A DNA stretch of 64,000 bases, from NCBI GenBank assembly GCA_964398225.1, contig CAYNLY010000001.1, forward strand, positions 16,975 to 80,974, given 5' to 3'. Below are positions 1 to 7,976 of this stretch, piece by piece. Every line of letters begins with the position of its first letter. The stretch's first letter is position 1. The notes under the pieces are model-generated. The model was not told the origin of the DNA. It was given only the letters and a program-made list of their open reading frames with translations, and searched no databases. Made by a program: the position numbers and the translations under genes. Source of the stretch: an uncultured Zetaproteobacteria bacterium. GTDB taxonomy: Bacteria > Pseudomonadota > Zetaproteobacteria > Mariprofundales > Mariprofundaceae.

Positions 1-2
1 AT

Positions 3-548
3 GTGCGCGAAATGCGCAAGCTTTACCCGGAGGCGCGCCGGATCGTCGACAAGGCGCTGCCGAATCTGTGGATGATCGGAGCGATCCACCTCGCGCTTCC
101 GAAGGCGCGCATCATCCACTGCCGGCGCGATCCGATGGACAACTGTTTTTCCATCTACGCCAACCGCTTCGTCGGGGTGCTGTTCAAGTTCGGCTACGAC
201 CTGCGCGAACTGGGCGAGCACTACCGCCTCTATCAGCGGATGATGGCGCACTGGCGCGCCACGCTTTCTCCGGACCGTTTCCTGGAAGTGGACTACGAGC
301 GGCTGGTCGAGGACCCCGAGCGGGTGGTCCGGAGAATGCTCGCGTTCTGCGGGCTGGAGTGGCATGAGGACTGCCTGCACTTCTACCGCAGCCGCCGGAC
401 CGTGCGCACGACCAGTGTCGCCCAGGTGCGCCGCCCGATCTATCGGGACTCGGTGGCCCGCTGGCGGCGCTTCGAGCGGCATCTGGGCCCCCTGAAGGAG
501 GCGCTGGGCGCGAACGACGAGTCCGATCGAAAAACTAAAGTCGCCTGA
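3..548 (+). CDS. sulfotransferase family protein, C-terminal part (5' end lies outside the window)
   Basis: The ORF is open to the window edge. The translation carries conserved sulfotransferase C-terminal blocks (IIHCRRDPMDNCFSIY, DYERLVEDPE, RPIYRDSVARWRRF), as seen in TPR-sulfotransferase proteins. Confidence 0.6.
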   Translation: MREMRKLYPEARRIVDKALPNLWMIGAIHLALPKARIIHCRRDPMDNCFSIYANRFVGVLFKFGYDLRELGEHYRLYQRMMAHWRATLSPDRFLEVDYERLVEDPERVVRRMLAFCGLEWHEDCLHFYRSRRTVRTTSVAQVRRPIYRDSVARWRRFERHLGPLKEALGANDESDRKTKVA

Positions 549-562
549 TCCGCCCCCGATAG
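536..562 (+). promoter_or_regulatory. sigma-28 (FliA)-type promoter for the flagellin gene
   Basis: TAAAGTCG (536-543), an 11-nt spacer, then CCCGATAG (555-562). The consensus is TAAAGTTT-N11-GCCGATAA. It sits about 90 nt upstream of the fliC ATG and overlaps the stop of the upstream ORF. Confidence 0.65.
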
Positions 563-653
563 ATACCCCCAGACGCCAAGGCGTCGATTCCGGCAAAGCC
601 GGCATGGCAGGGCAGGAAGTCGCCATGAAACCACAACACAAGGAGAGTACACA

Positions 654-1511
654 ATGTCAGGACTCGTCGTTCAGACCAACAACGCCGCCATTACGGCACT
701 GAAGCACCTCAACGCGAACAACATCGACATGAACAAGTCGCTGGAGCGCTTGAGCTCGGGCTACCGGATCAACAGCGCGGGCGATGATGCCGCAGGCTAC
801 GGCATCGCGACCAAGCTGGAAGGTCAGGGTGCCCGGCTGAAGGCCGCCGCGCTCAACGCCACCCAGGCCCAGGCGATGGTGAAGATGGCCGATGCTGCGA
901 TCAATGAGATCCAGAACATGGTCATTCGCATCCAGACCCTGGCCACCCAGGCCGCGAGCGGCCAGAACTCGGGTGAACTCGGCAAGCTCGAGGCCGAGCG
1001 CAAGGCGCTGGAAGCCCAGATCGACCAGATCGCGAAGGGCACGAACTACAACGGCACCGCGCTGCTCGACGGCACGCTGAACAAGTCGTTCATCGTCGGT
1101 GACTCGACGAAGATCGGCACCGGTACGGGTGCTGCGACCTACAGCACGGTGAGCGTGGCCATGACTCAGGCATTCACGTCCACCGGTCTGGGACTCGCTG
1201 GCAGTGCGGCCTCGGCCTTCACGACCGTCACCGCGGCCAAGACCTACATCCAGACCGCCCAGACGGCACTGGATACGATCGCCAGCAAGCGCGCGGACTT
1301 TGGCGCGGTTCAGAACCGCCTCGAATACGTCAGCGCGAACCTGGCCACGCAGATCGAGCAGAACGCCGCGAGCGTGTCCGTCATCAAGGATGCCGACATG
1401 GCCTCCGAGATGGCGAACTTCACGAAGAGCAAGATCCTGGTGCAGGCCGGTACGGCCATGCTGGCCCAGGCCAACCAGGCATCGCAGAACGTCCTGAGCC
1501 TGTTCAGGTAA
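654..1511 (+). CDS. fliC: flagellin (short, 285 aa, no large variable domain)
   Basis: The N-terminus has NKSLERLSSGYRINSAGDDAAG. The C-terminus has DFGAVQNRLE...IKDADMASEMANFTKSKILVQAGTAMLAQANQASQNVLSLFR. These are the canonical flagellin D0/D1 segments. Confidence 0.95.
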   Translation: MSGLVVQTNNAAITALKHLNANNIDMNKSLERLSSGYRINSAGDDAAGYGIATKLEGQGARLKAAALNATQAQAMVKMADAAINEIQNMVIRIQTLATQAASGQNSGELGKLEAERKALEAQIDQIAKGTNYNGTALLDGTLNKSFIVGDSTKIGTGTGAATYSTVSVAMTQAFTSTGLGLAGSAASAFTTVTAAKTYIQTAQTALDTIASKRADFGAVQNRLEYVSANLATQIEQNAASVSVIKDADMASEMANFTKSKILVQAGTAMLAQANQASQNVLSLFR

Positions 1512-1525
1512 GGATGAGACGGCAG

Positions 1526-1552
1526 GATCCCCCGGCTCCGCGCCGGGGGATC
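1526..1552 (+). terminator. GC-rich stem-loop after fliC (possible attenuator; no U-tract)
   Basis: Perfect 11-bp stem, GATCCCCCGGC (1526-1536) pairing with GCCGGGGGATC (1542-1552), with a 5-nt loop. It starts 15 nt after the fliC stop. No T-run follows, so it is not a classical intrinsic terminator. Confidence 0.4.
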
Positions 1553-1585
1553 TAGGCCGATCCAACGGATAAGGAGGTAACCGCC

Positions 1586-1960
1586 ATGGTCGCTGTCGTT
1601 GCAACCAGTGTCGGCGCCGTGCTGTCTCCGGCATCCGTTGACGTTCGTCCTTCCCCTTCTGCCGGTACGCCGGCCAATGCCCAGCCCGAACAGCGGCCGC
1701 AGGCTCCCCTGGCCGAGAAGGCGTCCCGCCAGCCGACGGAACAGGACGTTCAGAAGGCGGTTGAGCAGGCGAATCGCGAGCTTGCCGGCATGAACCGGAC
1801 GATCGGATTCGGGTACGAGGAGCGGCTCGGCCAGATTTATGTCCAGGTACGTGATGCCCGCACCGGCGAGGTGGTCAAGGAAATCCCGCCCAAGGAGTTC
1901 ATCGAGCACCAGGTCGCCATGCGCGAGATGCTCGGGCTGCTTCTGGACCGGAAGGCCTGA
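1586..1960 (+). CDS. flaG: flagellar protein FlaG
   Basis: AAGGAGG Shine-Dalgarno site 8 nt upstream. The C-terminal block LGQIYVQVRDARTGEVVKEIPPKEFIEH is typical of FlaG. It sits between fliC and fliD. Confidence 0.8.
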   Translation: MVAVVATSVGAVLSPASVDVRPSPSAGTPANAQPEQRPQAPLAEKASRQPTEQDVQKAVEQANRELAGMNRTIGFGYEERLGQIYVQVRDARTGEVVKEIPPKEFIEHQVAMREMLGLLLDRKA

Positions 1961-1961
1961 T

Positions 1962-4304
1962 ATGGCCGGGCTTTCCTCCATCTCGGGGCTTGTTGCGGGC
2001 TTCGACACGAAAGGGGCGGTCGACGAACTGTTGGCCGCCCGTCGTGTTCAGATCGACAATCTGAACGCCAAGAAGGATCGGGTGCTGGCGCGCCAGGATG
2101 CGCTGGCCACGCTGAACGCGGCGATGCTGGACCTGAAGAACACCGCGCTGAACCTTTCCGATCCATCCACCTTCTACAGTTATACGGCGACGCTGGCTTC
2201 GAGCAATCCGTCGGTGCCGGCCTCATCCCTGATCGACGTAAGCGGCACCACAGGTCTTGCCGCGGGCGCCCATACCATCGTCGTCCAGCAGCTTGCTCAG
2301 GCGCAGCGGGAGGCATCTTCGGCCGCCGTCCAGGATTCCACGGGGGCGGCCGCGGCCAGCGACACCCAGGCGCTGGGCCTTTCCGGAAGCTTCCAGGTCA
2401 ACGGCGCCACCATCACGGTTCAGGCCGGCGATTCGCTGCGGGATATCGCGGCCGCGATCAACCAGGCCAACAGCGGCAGCAACCCGACGGGCGTAACCGC
2501 CACGATCATCAAGTCGGCCGCCGGCGATTACCGGCTGGTGCTCACCAGCGATGCGACCGGAGCAACCGGATTCACGCTCACCGGAGCCGATCTCGACGCG
2601 GGCGGCCCGCTGGCGGGTCTCAATCTGGGCTCGGCGGGTCAGACCAACGCGCGCCAGACGCTGCAGACACCCCAGGACGCCGTCATCACGCTCGACGGCC
2701 TGACCGTCACGCGCTCCAGCAACAAGATTTCCGATGCCCTGGCGGGCGTCACGATCGATTTGAAGCAGGCCGATCCCAACACCACGATCACGATGGACAT
2801 CAATGTGGACCGGGAGGCGGTGCGCGCATCCGTGCAGTCCTTCGTGGACCAGTTCAATGCGGTGCAGGATTTCATCAACGAGCAGTTCAAGTTCGATGAG
2901 AAGACCGGCACGGGCGGTGTGCTCGCCGGCGACCCGCTGCTGACCAGCATCCAGCGCGCGCTGACCGACAGCCTGATGGCGACGGTTCCGGGTCTGGCCC
3001 CGGATCGGAATTCGCTGGTCAAGATCGGCGTGGAACCCGATGCTCAGGGCCACCTTCAGATCAATCCCGACCTGTTCGACAGCTTTCTGAACACCGATGT
3101 CGACGCGATCCGCGACGTGTTCGTGGCCAGCGGCACGAGCAACAACGATCTTCTGAGCTACATCACCAGCCAGAACAGCCCCTCGGGCACCTACAGCGTC
3201 AACATCACCCAGCCGGCCACACGCGCGGCCGTGACCGGCACGACCGACCTGGTTGCGGGTACGCTGGCTTCAGCCGAAACAGTGACCATCACGACCGGCG
3301 CCGGCGCCCAGGCGGTCGTCGCGCTTACGGCAGGCATGAACCAGCAGCAGGTGATCGATGCGTTGAATGCCGAGTTTGCCAAGAGCTATACCGAAACCCA
3401 TCAGCTGAGCGCCGCGCTTACGGCTGGAGGGCAGCCGGCCACCGGTTCGACAACCTTCGCCCAGCTGGGCCTGGGTGTTGCCGCCGGCGATACCATCACG
3501 ATCGGCGGCACCACGCGGTCGGGGGCCAGCGTCAACGCAAGCTTCACGATTCTCGATCCCGCCACGGATACGCTCGGCGACTTGCTGACGACCATCAACC
3601 AGGCCTTCGGCCAGCAGGCCACCGCGGCGATCGATGCGTCCGGGCACATCACGCTCACCGAGAACCAGAGTGGTGCCAGCCAGCTTTCGCTTGCGCTCAC
3701 CGCCAACAACGAAGGCGGGGGAACGCTCGATTTCGGCACCGATACGGTCGTGACCGAAGGGCGTTCCGCACTCCGGCTGGAAGCGCTGGCTGCCGGCACA
3801 GGGGTGCGCATTCAGGCTCGCGACTATGGCTCCGCCTACTCGTTCAGCATCAGCCAGAGTGTGGATGGCCTGGGCATTCCGAACCAGACCGCATCGGGAC
3901 AGGACGTGGCCGGCACGATCAACGGTCTTGCGGCCACGGGCTCAGGTCAGCTGCTGACCGGAACCACAGGGGATGTCAACGGGCTTGTGGTGATGTACCA
4001 GGGCTCGGCCACCGGAGCGGTCGGCGACATTTCCCTCGGGGTCGGAATTGCCGCCTCCTATCGCGGACTTCTGGACATGTTCGCGAACCCGGTTGTGGGG
4101 CTGATCAACCAGGCGGTCCAGGCCGAGCAGTCGGTGGCCGATGCAATCGATGCCCAGATCAGCGATCTGGAGCGACAGCTCGCGATCAAGCGGGAGCAGC
4201 TCACCAAGTCGTTCGCCCGCATGGAGGAGGCGATGGCGCTGTTTCAGTCGACGGGCGACTACCTCACCGCCCAGATCGACGCGATGAATGCGAAGAACAA
4301 CTAA
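1962..4304 (+). CDS. fliD: flagellar filament capping protein FliD (long form, about 780 aa)
   Basis: ATG at 1962, one nt after the flaG stop. The ORF-track start at 1839 overlaps flaG and was trimmed. The N-terminus (GLSSISGLVAGFDTKGAVDELLAARR) and the C-terminus (LTKSFARMEEAMALFQSTGDYLTAQIDAM) are characteristic of FliD. Confidence 0.88.
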   Translation: MAGLSSISGLVAGFDTKGAVDELLAARRVQIDNLNAKKDRVLARQDALATLNAAMLDLKNTALNLSDPSTFYSYTATLASSNPSVPASSLIDVSGTTGLAAGAHTIVVQQLAQAQREASSAAVQDSTGAAAASDTQALGLSGSFQVNGATITVQAGDSLRDIAAAINQANSGSNPTGVTATIIKSAAGDYRLVLTSDATGATGFTLTGADLDAGGPLAGLNLGSAGQTNARQTLQTPQDAVITLDGLTVTRSSNKISDALAGVTIDLKQADPNTTITMDINVDREAVRASVQSFVDQFNAVQDFINEQFKFDEKTGTGGVLAGDPLLTSIQRALTDSLMATVPGLAPDRNSLVKIGVEPDAQGHLQINPDLFDSFLNTDVDAIRDVFVASGTSNNDLLSYITSQNSPSGTYSVNITQPATRAAVTGTTDLVAGTLASAETVTITTGAGAQAVVALTAGMNQQQVIDALNAEFAKSYTETHQLSAALTAGGQPATGSTTFAQLGLGVAAGDTITIGGTTRSGASVNASFTILDPATDTLGDLLTTINQAFGQQATAAIDASGHITLTENQSGASQLSLALTANNEGGGTLDFGTDTVVTEGRSALRLEALAAGTGVRIQARDYGSAYSFSISQSVDGLGIPNQTASGQDVAGTINGLAATGSGQLLTGTTGDVNGLVVMYQGSATGAVGDISLGVGIAASYRGLLDMFANPVVGLINQAVQAEQSVADAIDAQISDLERQLAIKREQLTKSFARMEEAMALFQSTGDYLTAQIDAMNAKNN

Positions 4305-4384
4305 TCGCTTCAGTCGGCCCTCCGGCAGCCGATAAATCCTATCAGCGCGAGGAACGCCGGATGAATCGGGCAAGGAGGCAGGAG

Positions 4385-4801
4385 ATGACCGGATACAAGG
4401 CATATCAGGGACAGCAGGTGCAGGGGGCGGGACCGCTGGGGCTCGTGCTTCTCACCTACGAGGCATTGTTCAGGTCCCTGGCCAGGGCGCGTCAGGCGAT
4501 CGAGGCGCGGGATCTGGCCGCCGAGGCCGAACACACCGGCCGGGCGATGGAAGCATTGATTGAACTGTCCACCTCGCTCGACATGGAGGCGGGCGGCGAC
4601 ATCGCGGCGAGCCTCGCAAGCCTCTACCAGTACATGATGAACCGGCTGACCGACGGGCTGTGCTCACGTTCGACCGAGGCGGTGGACGAGGTCATGCAGC
4701 TCGTTCAGACGCTGCGCGAAGGCTGGACGGAGCTCGCCAACCGTCAGAATGCGGCCGCTTCTGCTGAGTCGGGGAGCGAGGCTCATGTCGCCCACGCCTG
4801 A
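4385..4801 (+). CDS. fliS: flagellar export chaperone FliS
   Basis: Start chosen at ATG 4385, 7 nt after AAGGAGG; an alternative ATG lies at 4361. The translation aligns with the FliS helical bundle (LVLLTYEALFRSL..., LASLYQYMMNRL). Confidence 0.85.
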   Translation: MTGYKAYQGQQVQGAGPLGLVLLTYEALFRSLARARQAIEARDLAAEAEHTGRAMEALIELSTSLDMEAGGDIAASLASLYQYMMNRLTDGLCSRSTEAVDEVMQLVQTLREGWTELANRQNAAASAESGSEAHVAHA

Positions 4802-5162
4802 GGATCCCACCGCGCTGATGGAGCACGCCCGCAGCGAACTTGCGCATTGCGAGGCGCTGGTCCGGGCGGGCCGCTGGGATCGGCTTGGAGTTCAGACCGA
4901 AGCCTATCGACAGGCGCTGGATCGCCTGGTCCGGGCATGCCAGTCGGCTCCCGAAGCCGAGAGGGCACGATGGCGGGAGGAACTGGTGCAGCTTTCCCGC
5001 CGCCAGCGCCGGGTGATGGCCCTTGTGGAGCGCGCGATGCAGGATGCGCTTGAAGGTCGTCACGCCATCGGCCAGGCACTGGCTCTGCTGGCCGCCCAGC
5101 GGCGGTTTGTGGCGATGCTTCCGACGGCGCCATCCGCCCCGGCCTACGCCTGCGCAGGCTGA
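4785..5162 (+). CDS. hypothetical helical protein in the FliT position (possible flagellar chaperone)
   Basis: ATG at 4785 overlaps the end of fliS. The 125-aa Ala/Arg/Glu-rich helical protein sits immediately after fliS, where fliT is usually found. I recognise no diagnostic motif. Confidence 0.35.
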   Translation: MSPTPEDPTALMEHARSELAHCEALVRAGRWDRLGVQTEAYRQALDRLVRACQSAPEAERARWREELVQLSRRQRRVMALVERAMQDALEGRHAIGQALALLAAQRRFVAMLPTAPSAPAYACAG

Positions 5163-5233
5163 AGGAGCCGGCCTTTTTTCCACGCTCCCCGGTTGCGCTA
5201 TACTGATGAAAGGCAACGGCCGGCGGAGGGGGC

Positions 5234-6526
5234 GTGGGCGTCACGGATACGGCTTCGTCGAAGGCGCTTGGACTGATCGAGCTTCTCGCGATCGGCATCG
5301 GCGGCATGATCGGCGGCGGCATCTTCTCGGTGCTGGGGCTTGCCGTGGGTATTGCCGGCAATGCGGCGCCGCTGGCCTTCGCCCTGGGTGGGGCCGTGGC
5401 GATGTTTGCCGGCTACTCCTATGTGCGTCTGGCGCTCCGGTATCGAACCGAGGGCGCAAGCTTCACCTACCTTGACTACGCATTTCCGGACAGCCCCTGG
5501 ATCGCCGCCGTCACCGGCTGGACGGTCATTGTCGGATACATCGGCACGCTGGCGCTGTATGCGTTCACCTTCGGAGCCTACGGCGCCGATCTTCTGGGCT
5601 GGCCCGGCTCCGTAGCGCTTCGGCACGGACTTTCGGTTCTGGTGCTCGTCGCATTCATGTACGTCAACCTTCGGGGCGCAAGAATGAGCGGGCTTACCGA
5701 GGATGCCTTCGTCTATGGCAAGCTGATCCTGCTTGCGGGGCTTGCGCTGGCGGGTCTGGGCGCGGTTGAACCGGACAGGTTCCGGCCCTGGCCCGACCGC
5801 GGGTGGCTCGCTCCCTTGATGGCGGGTGCGCTGGTGTTCGTTGCCTTCGAGGGCTTTCAGCTGATCACGAACGCCGTGCTCGAGGCAAGGGATCCCGAAA
5901 GGAACCTGCCCCGGGCGATCTACGGTTCGGTGCTCGCGGTGAGTCTGGTGTATGTTCTTCTTGCCGTCGTGGCCGTCGGAGCGCTTGATCAGCACACCCT
6001 GGTGAAGGCGAGGGAATACGCGCTGGCGGTGGCCGCCCGGCCCGTGCTTGGGGACGCCGGGCCGGTGCTGGTTGATCTGGCCGCGATGATGGCCACGGCC
6101 TCGGCCATCAACGCCACGATGTTCGGTGCCGCCCGGATGATGGCCGATATGGCGCGCAATCACGAGATGCCCCGTCCGTTCTCGTTTCGCAATCGGGTCC
6201 GGGTTCCCTGGGCGGCCGTGGCGACGATGACGGCGCTTGCGCTGGTGTTCACGCTGCTTGGCGGTCTCGGGCTGATCGCGTCGTTTTCGAGCCTTACGTT
6301 CCTGATTGTCTGCTTTTCGGTCAGCGTGGCGCACTGGCGTCTTGTGGGAAGGACCGGAGGGCGGCGCCCGGTGATCCTGACCGGATGGCTGCTCATGCTG
6401 GGTTCGATCGCGATGCTGCTCGAGCACCTGGCCCGGAACGATCCGGAAACACTGCTCTGGATCGCTGCAATCTACGGATTCGTCGCGCTCGCCGAAGCCG
6501 GGTACCGCACGCTGGGGCGCGACTAG
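5234..6526 (+). CDS. APC-superfamily amino acid permease
   Basis: GTG start. Polytopic membrane protein with the N-terminal APC signature LIELLAIGIGGMIGGGIFSVLG and about 12 hydrophobic spans. Confidence 0.8.
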   Translation: MGVTDTASSKALGLIELLAIGIGGMIGGGIFSVLGLAVGIAGNAAPLAFALGGAVAMFAGYSYVRLALRYRTEGASFTYLDYAFPDSPWIAAVTGWTVIVGYIGTLALYAFTFGAYGADLLGWPGSVALRHGLSVLVLVAFMYVNLRGARMSGLTEDAFVYGKLILLAGLALAGLGAVEPDRFRPWPDRGWLAPLMAGALVFVAFEGFQLITNAVLEARDPERNLPRAIYGSVLAVSLVYVLLAVVAVGALDQHTLVKAREYALAVAARPVLGDAGPVLVDLAAMMATASAINATMFGAARMMADMARNHEMPRPFSFRNRVRVPWAAVATMTALALVFTLLGGLGLIASFSSLTFLIVCFSVSVAHWRLVGRTGGRRPVILTGWLLMLGSIAMLLEHLARNDPETLLWIAAIYGFVALAEAGYRTLGRD

Positions 6527-7896
6527 CCGGCCTCGGTTTCCAGGTGTTCGGAGAGCCAGCCTTCGATCATTTCGCGCACTTCCTTCAGACGCGCGGGATC
6601 GGGCGCCTCGAAACGGAGCACGAGTGAGGGCTGGGTGTTGGAAGCCCGCAAGAGACCCCAGGCATCCCCAAGGTCGATCCGGACGCCGTCCACGTCGATG
6701 ATCCGGTAGCCCTGGGCCTGGAAGTGGGCGCGGGCCTCCTCGACCAGGGCGAACTTTCGGTCGTCCGGGCATGCGATGCGGATTTCCGGCGTGGTCACCG
6801 AGGGGGGGATGTCGGCCAGAATCGTGGAGATCGGACCGTCGTGGCGGCTCGCGACCTCGAGGATGCGCGCGCCCGCATAGACGGCGTCATCAAAGCCGTG
6901 GTAGCGGTCGGCGAAGAAGATGTGCCCGCTCATCTCGCCGGCAAGCAGCGCACCGGTTTCCTTCATCTTGGCCTTGATCGGGGAATGCCCGGTGCGCCAC
7001 ATGATGGCGCGACCGCCTCGGCGCTCGATGTCCTCGTACATGTGGCGCGAGCATTTGACCTCGGAGATGATCGTCGCGCCCGGGTGCCTCTCGAGCAGGT
7101 CGCGGGCCAGCATCGTCAGCAGCATGTCGCCCCAGATGATGCGTCCCTGCTCGTCCACGACGCCGATCCGGTCGCCGTCGCCGTCGAAGGCCAGCCCCAG
7201 GTCCGCCTGCTCGGCGCGAACCGTGCGGGCAAGATCCGTCATGTTTTCCTCGACGGTGGGGTCCGGATGGTGATTCGGGAAGCGGCCGTCGGGCTCGCAA
7301 AAGAGTTCGATGACCTCGCAGCCCAGCCGGCGGTAGATGGGCGCGGCGAGCAGCCCCGAAGGGCCGTTGCCCGCATCGATCACGACCTTCAGCGGGCGCG
7401 CAAGCCTGCAGTCCGAGACAACGAAATCGATGAATTCCTCACGGACGTCCTCGTGACGGACGGTGCCGGCCTCTTCCAGCGGTTCCCCCCCGATCATGCG
7501 CATCGCCGCCTTCAGATGCTGGATGTCGGCGCCGTGCAGCGATTCGCGGCCGCGCATCATCTTGAAGCCGTTGTATTCCGCCGGATTGTGGCTGGCGGTG
7601 ACCATCACGCAGCCGGCCGCATCGCGCCGGAAGGTGGCGAAGTAGGCCAGCGGCGTGGGCACCATGCCGATGTCCAGAACATGCGCGCCGCCTTCGTTCA
7701 AACCGCGGTGGAGCGCCTGCTGCAGTTCCGGACCCGACAGGCGGACGTCCCGGCCCGTGATCACCGGATGGGACTCGCGATCGGGCAGAAAGGCGGCGAA
7801 GGCGCGCCCCAGGCGGTAGGCGAAGTCCTCGGTGATTTCGCGGCCCGCAATGCCCCGGATGTCGTATTCGCGAAAGACCTGTTCCGGCAGTTGCAT
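6523..7896 (-). CDS. algC: phosphomannomutase/phosphoglucomutase
   Basis: FREYDIRG, active-site TASHNPAEYNGFK, metal loop AFDGDGDR, and GEMSGH. The match to AlgC-type PMM/PGM is close and collinear. Confidence 0.88.
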   Translation of the reverse strand: MQLPEQVFREYDIRGIAGREITEDFAYRLGRAFAAFLPDRESHPVITGRDVRLSGPELQQALHRGLNEGGAHVLDIGMVPTPLAYFATFRRDAAGCVMVTASHNPAEYNGFKMMRGRESLHGADIQHLKAAMRMIGGEPLEEAGTVRHEDVREEFIDFVVSDCRLARPLKVVIDAGNGPSGLLAAPIYRRLGCEVIELFCEPDGRFPNHHPDPTVEENMTDLARTVRAEQADLGLAFDGDGDRIGVVDEQGRIIWGDMLLTMLARDLLERHPGATIISEVKCSRHMYEDIERRGGRAIMWRTGHSPIKAKMKETGALLAGEMSGHIFFADRYHGFDDAVYAGARILEVASRHDGPISTILADIPPSVTTPEIRIACPDDRKFALVEEARAHFQAQGYRIIDVDGVRIDLGDAWGLLRASNTQPSLVLRFEAPDPARLKEVREMIEGWLSEHLETEAG

Positions 7897-7976
7897 CGGC
7901 TTTCCCCCTTTGCGCTTCGCGGCAGGCTAGGCTGCGCCCTTGCGTCCGCCAAGCGCACGCCTAAAGTTGGCCGCCC

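Noticed and set aside
5155-5210. Possible terminator (GGCT..AGCC followed by TTTTTT) and a TATACT -10-like hexamer between the FliT-like ORF and the permease gene.
   Set aside because: The stem is only about 4 bp and the -35 match is poor. The support is too weak to annotate as a feature.
5198-6772. Other long antisense or overlapping ORFs: 5198-6772, 8340-9347, 11611-13134, 13810-15189, 26318-27646, 26673-28457, 27977-30022, 29905-31539, 33472-35256, 36108-37781, 37600-39615, 48342-49811, 50671-52290 and 54470-55591.
   Set aside because: Each lies opposite or out of frame to a gene with strong family motifs. All show the Arg/Pro/Gly/His bias expected from non-coding frames of high-GC sequence.
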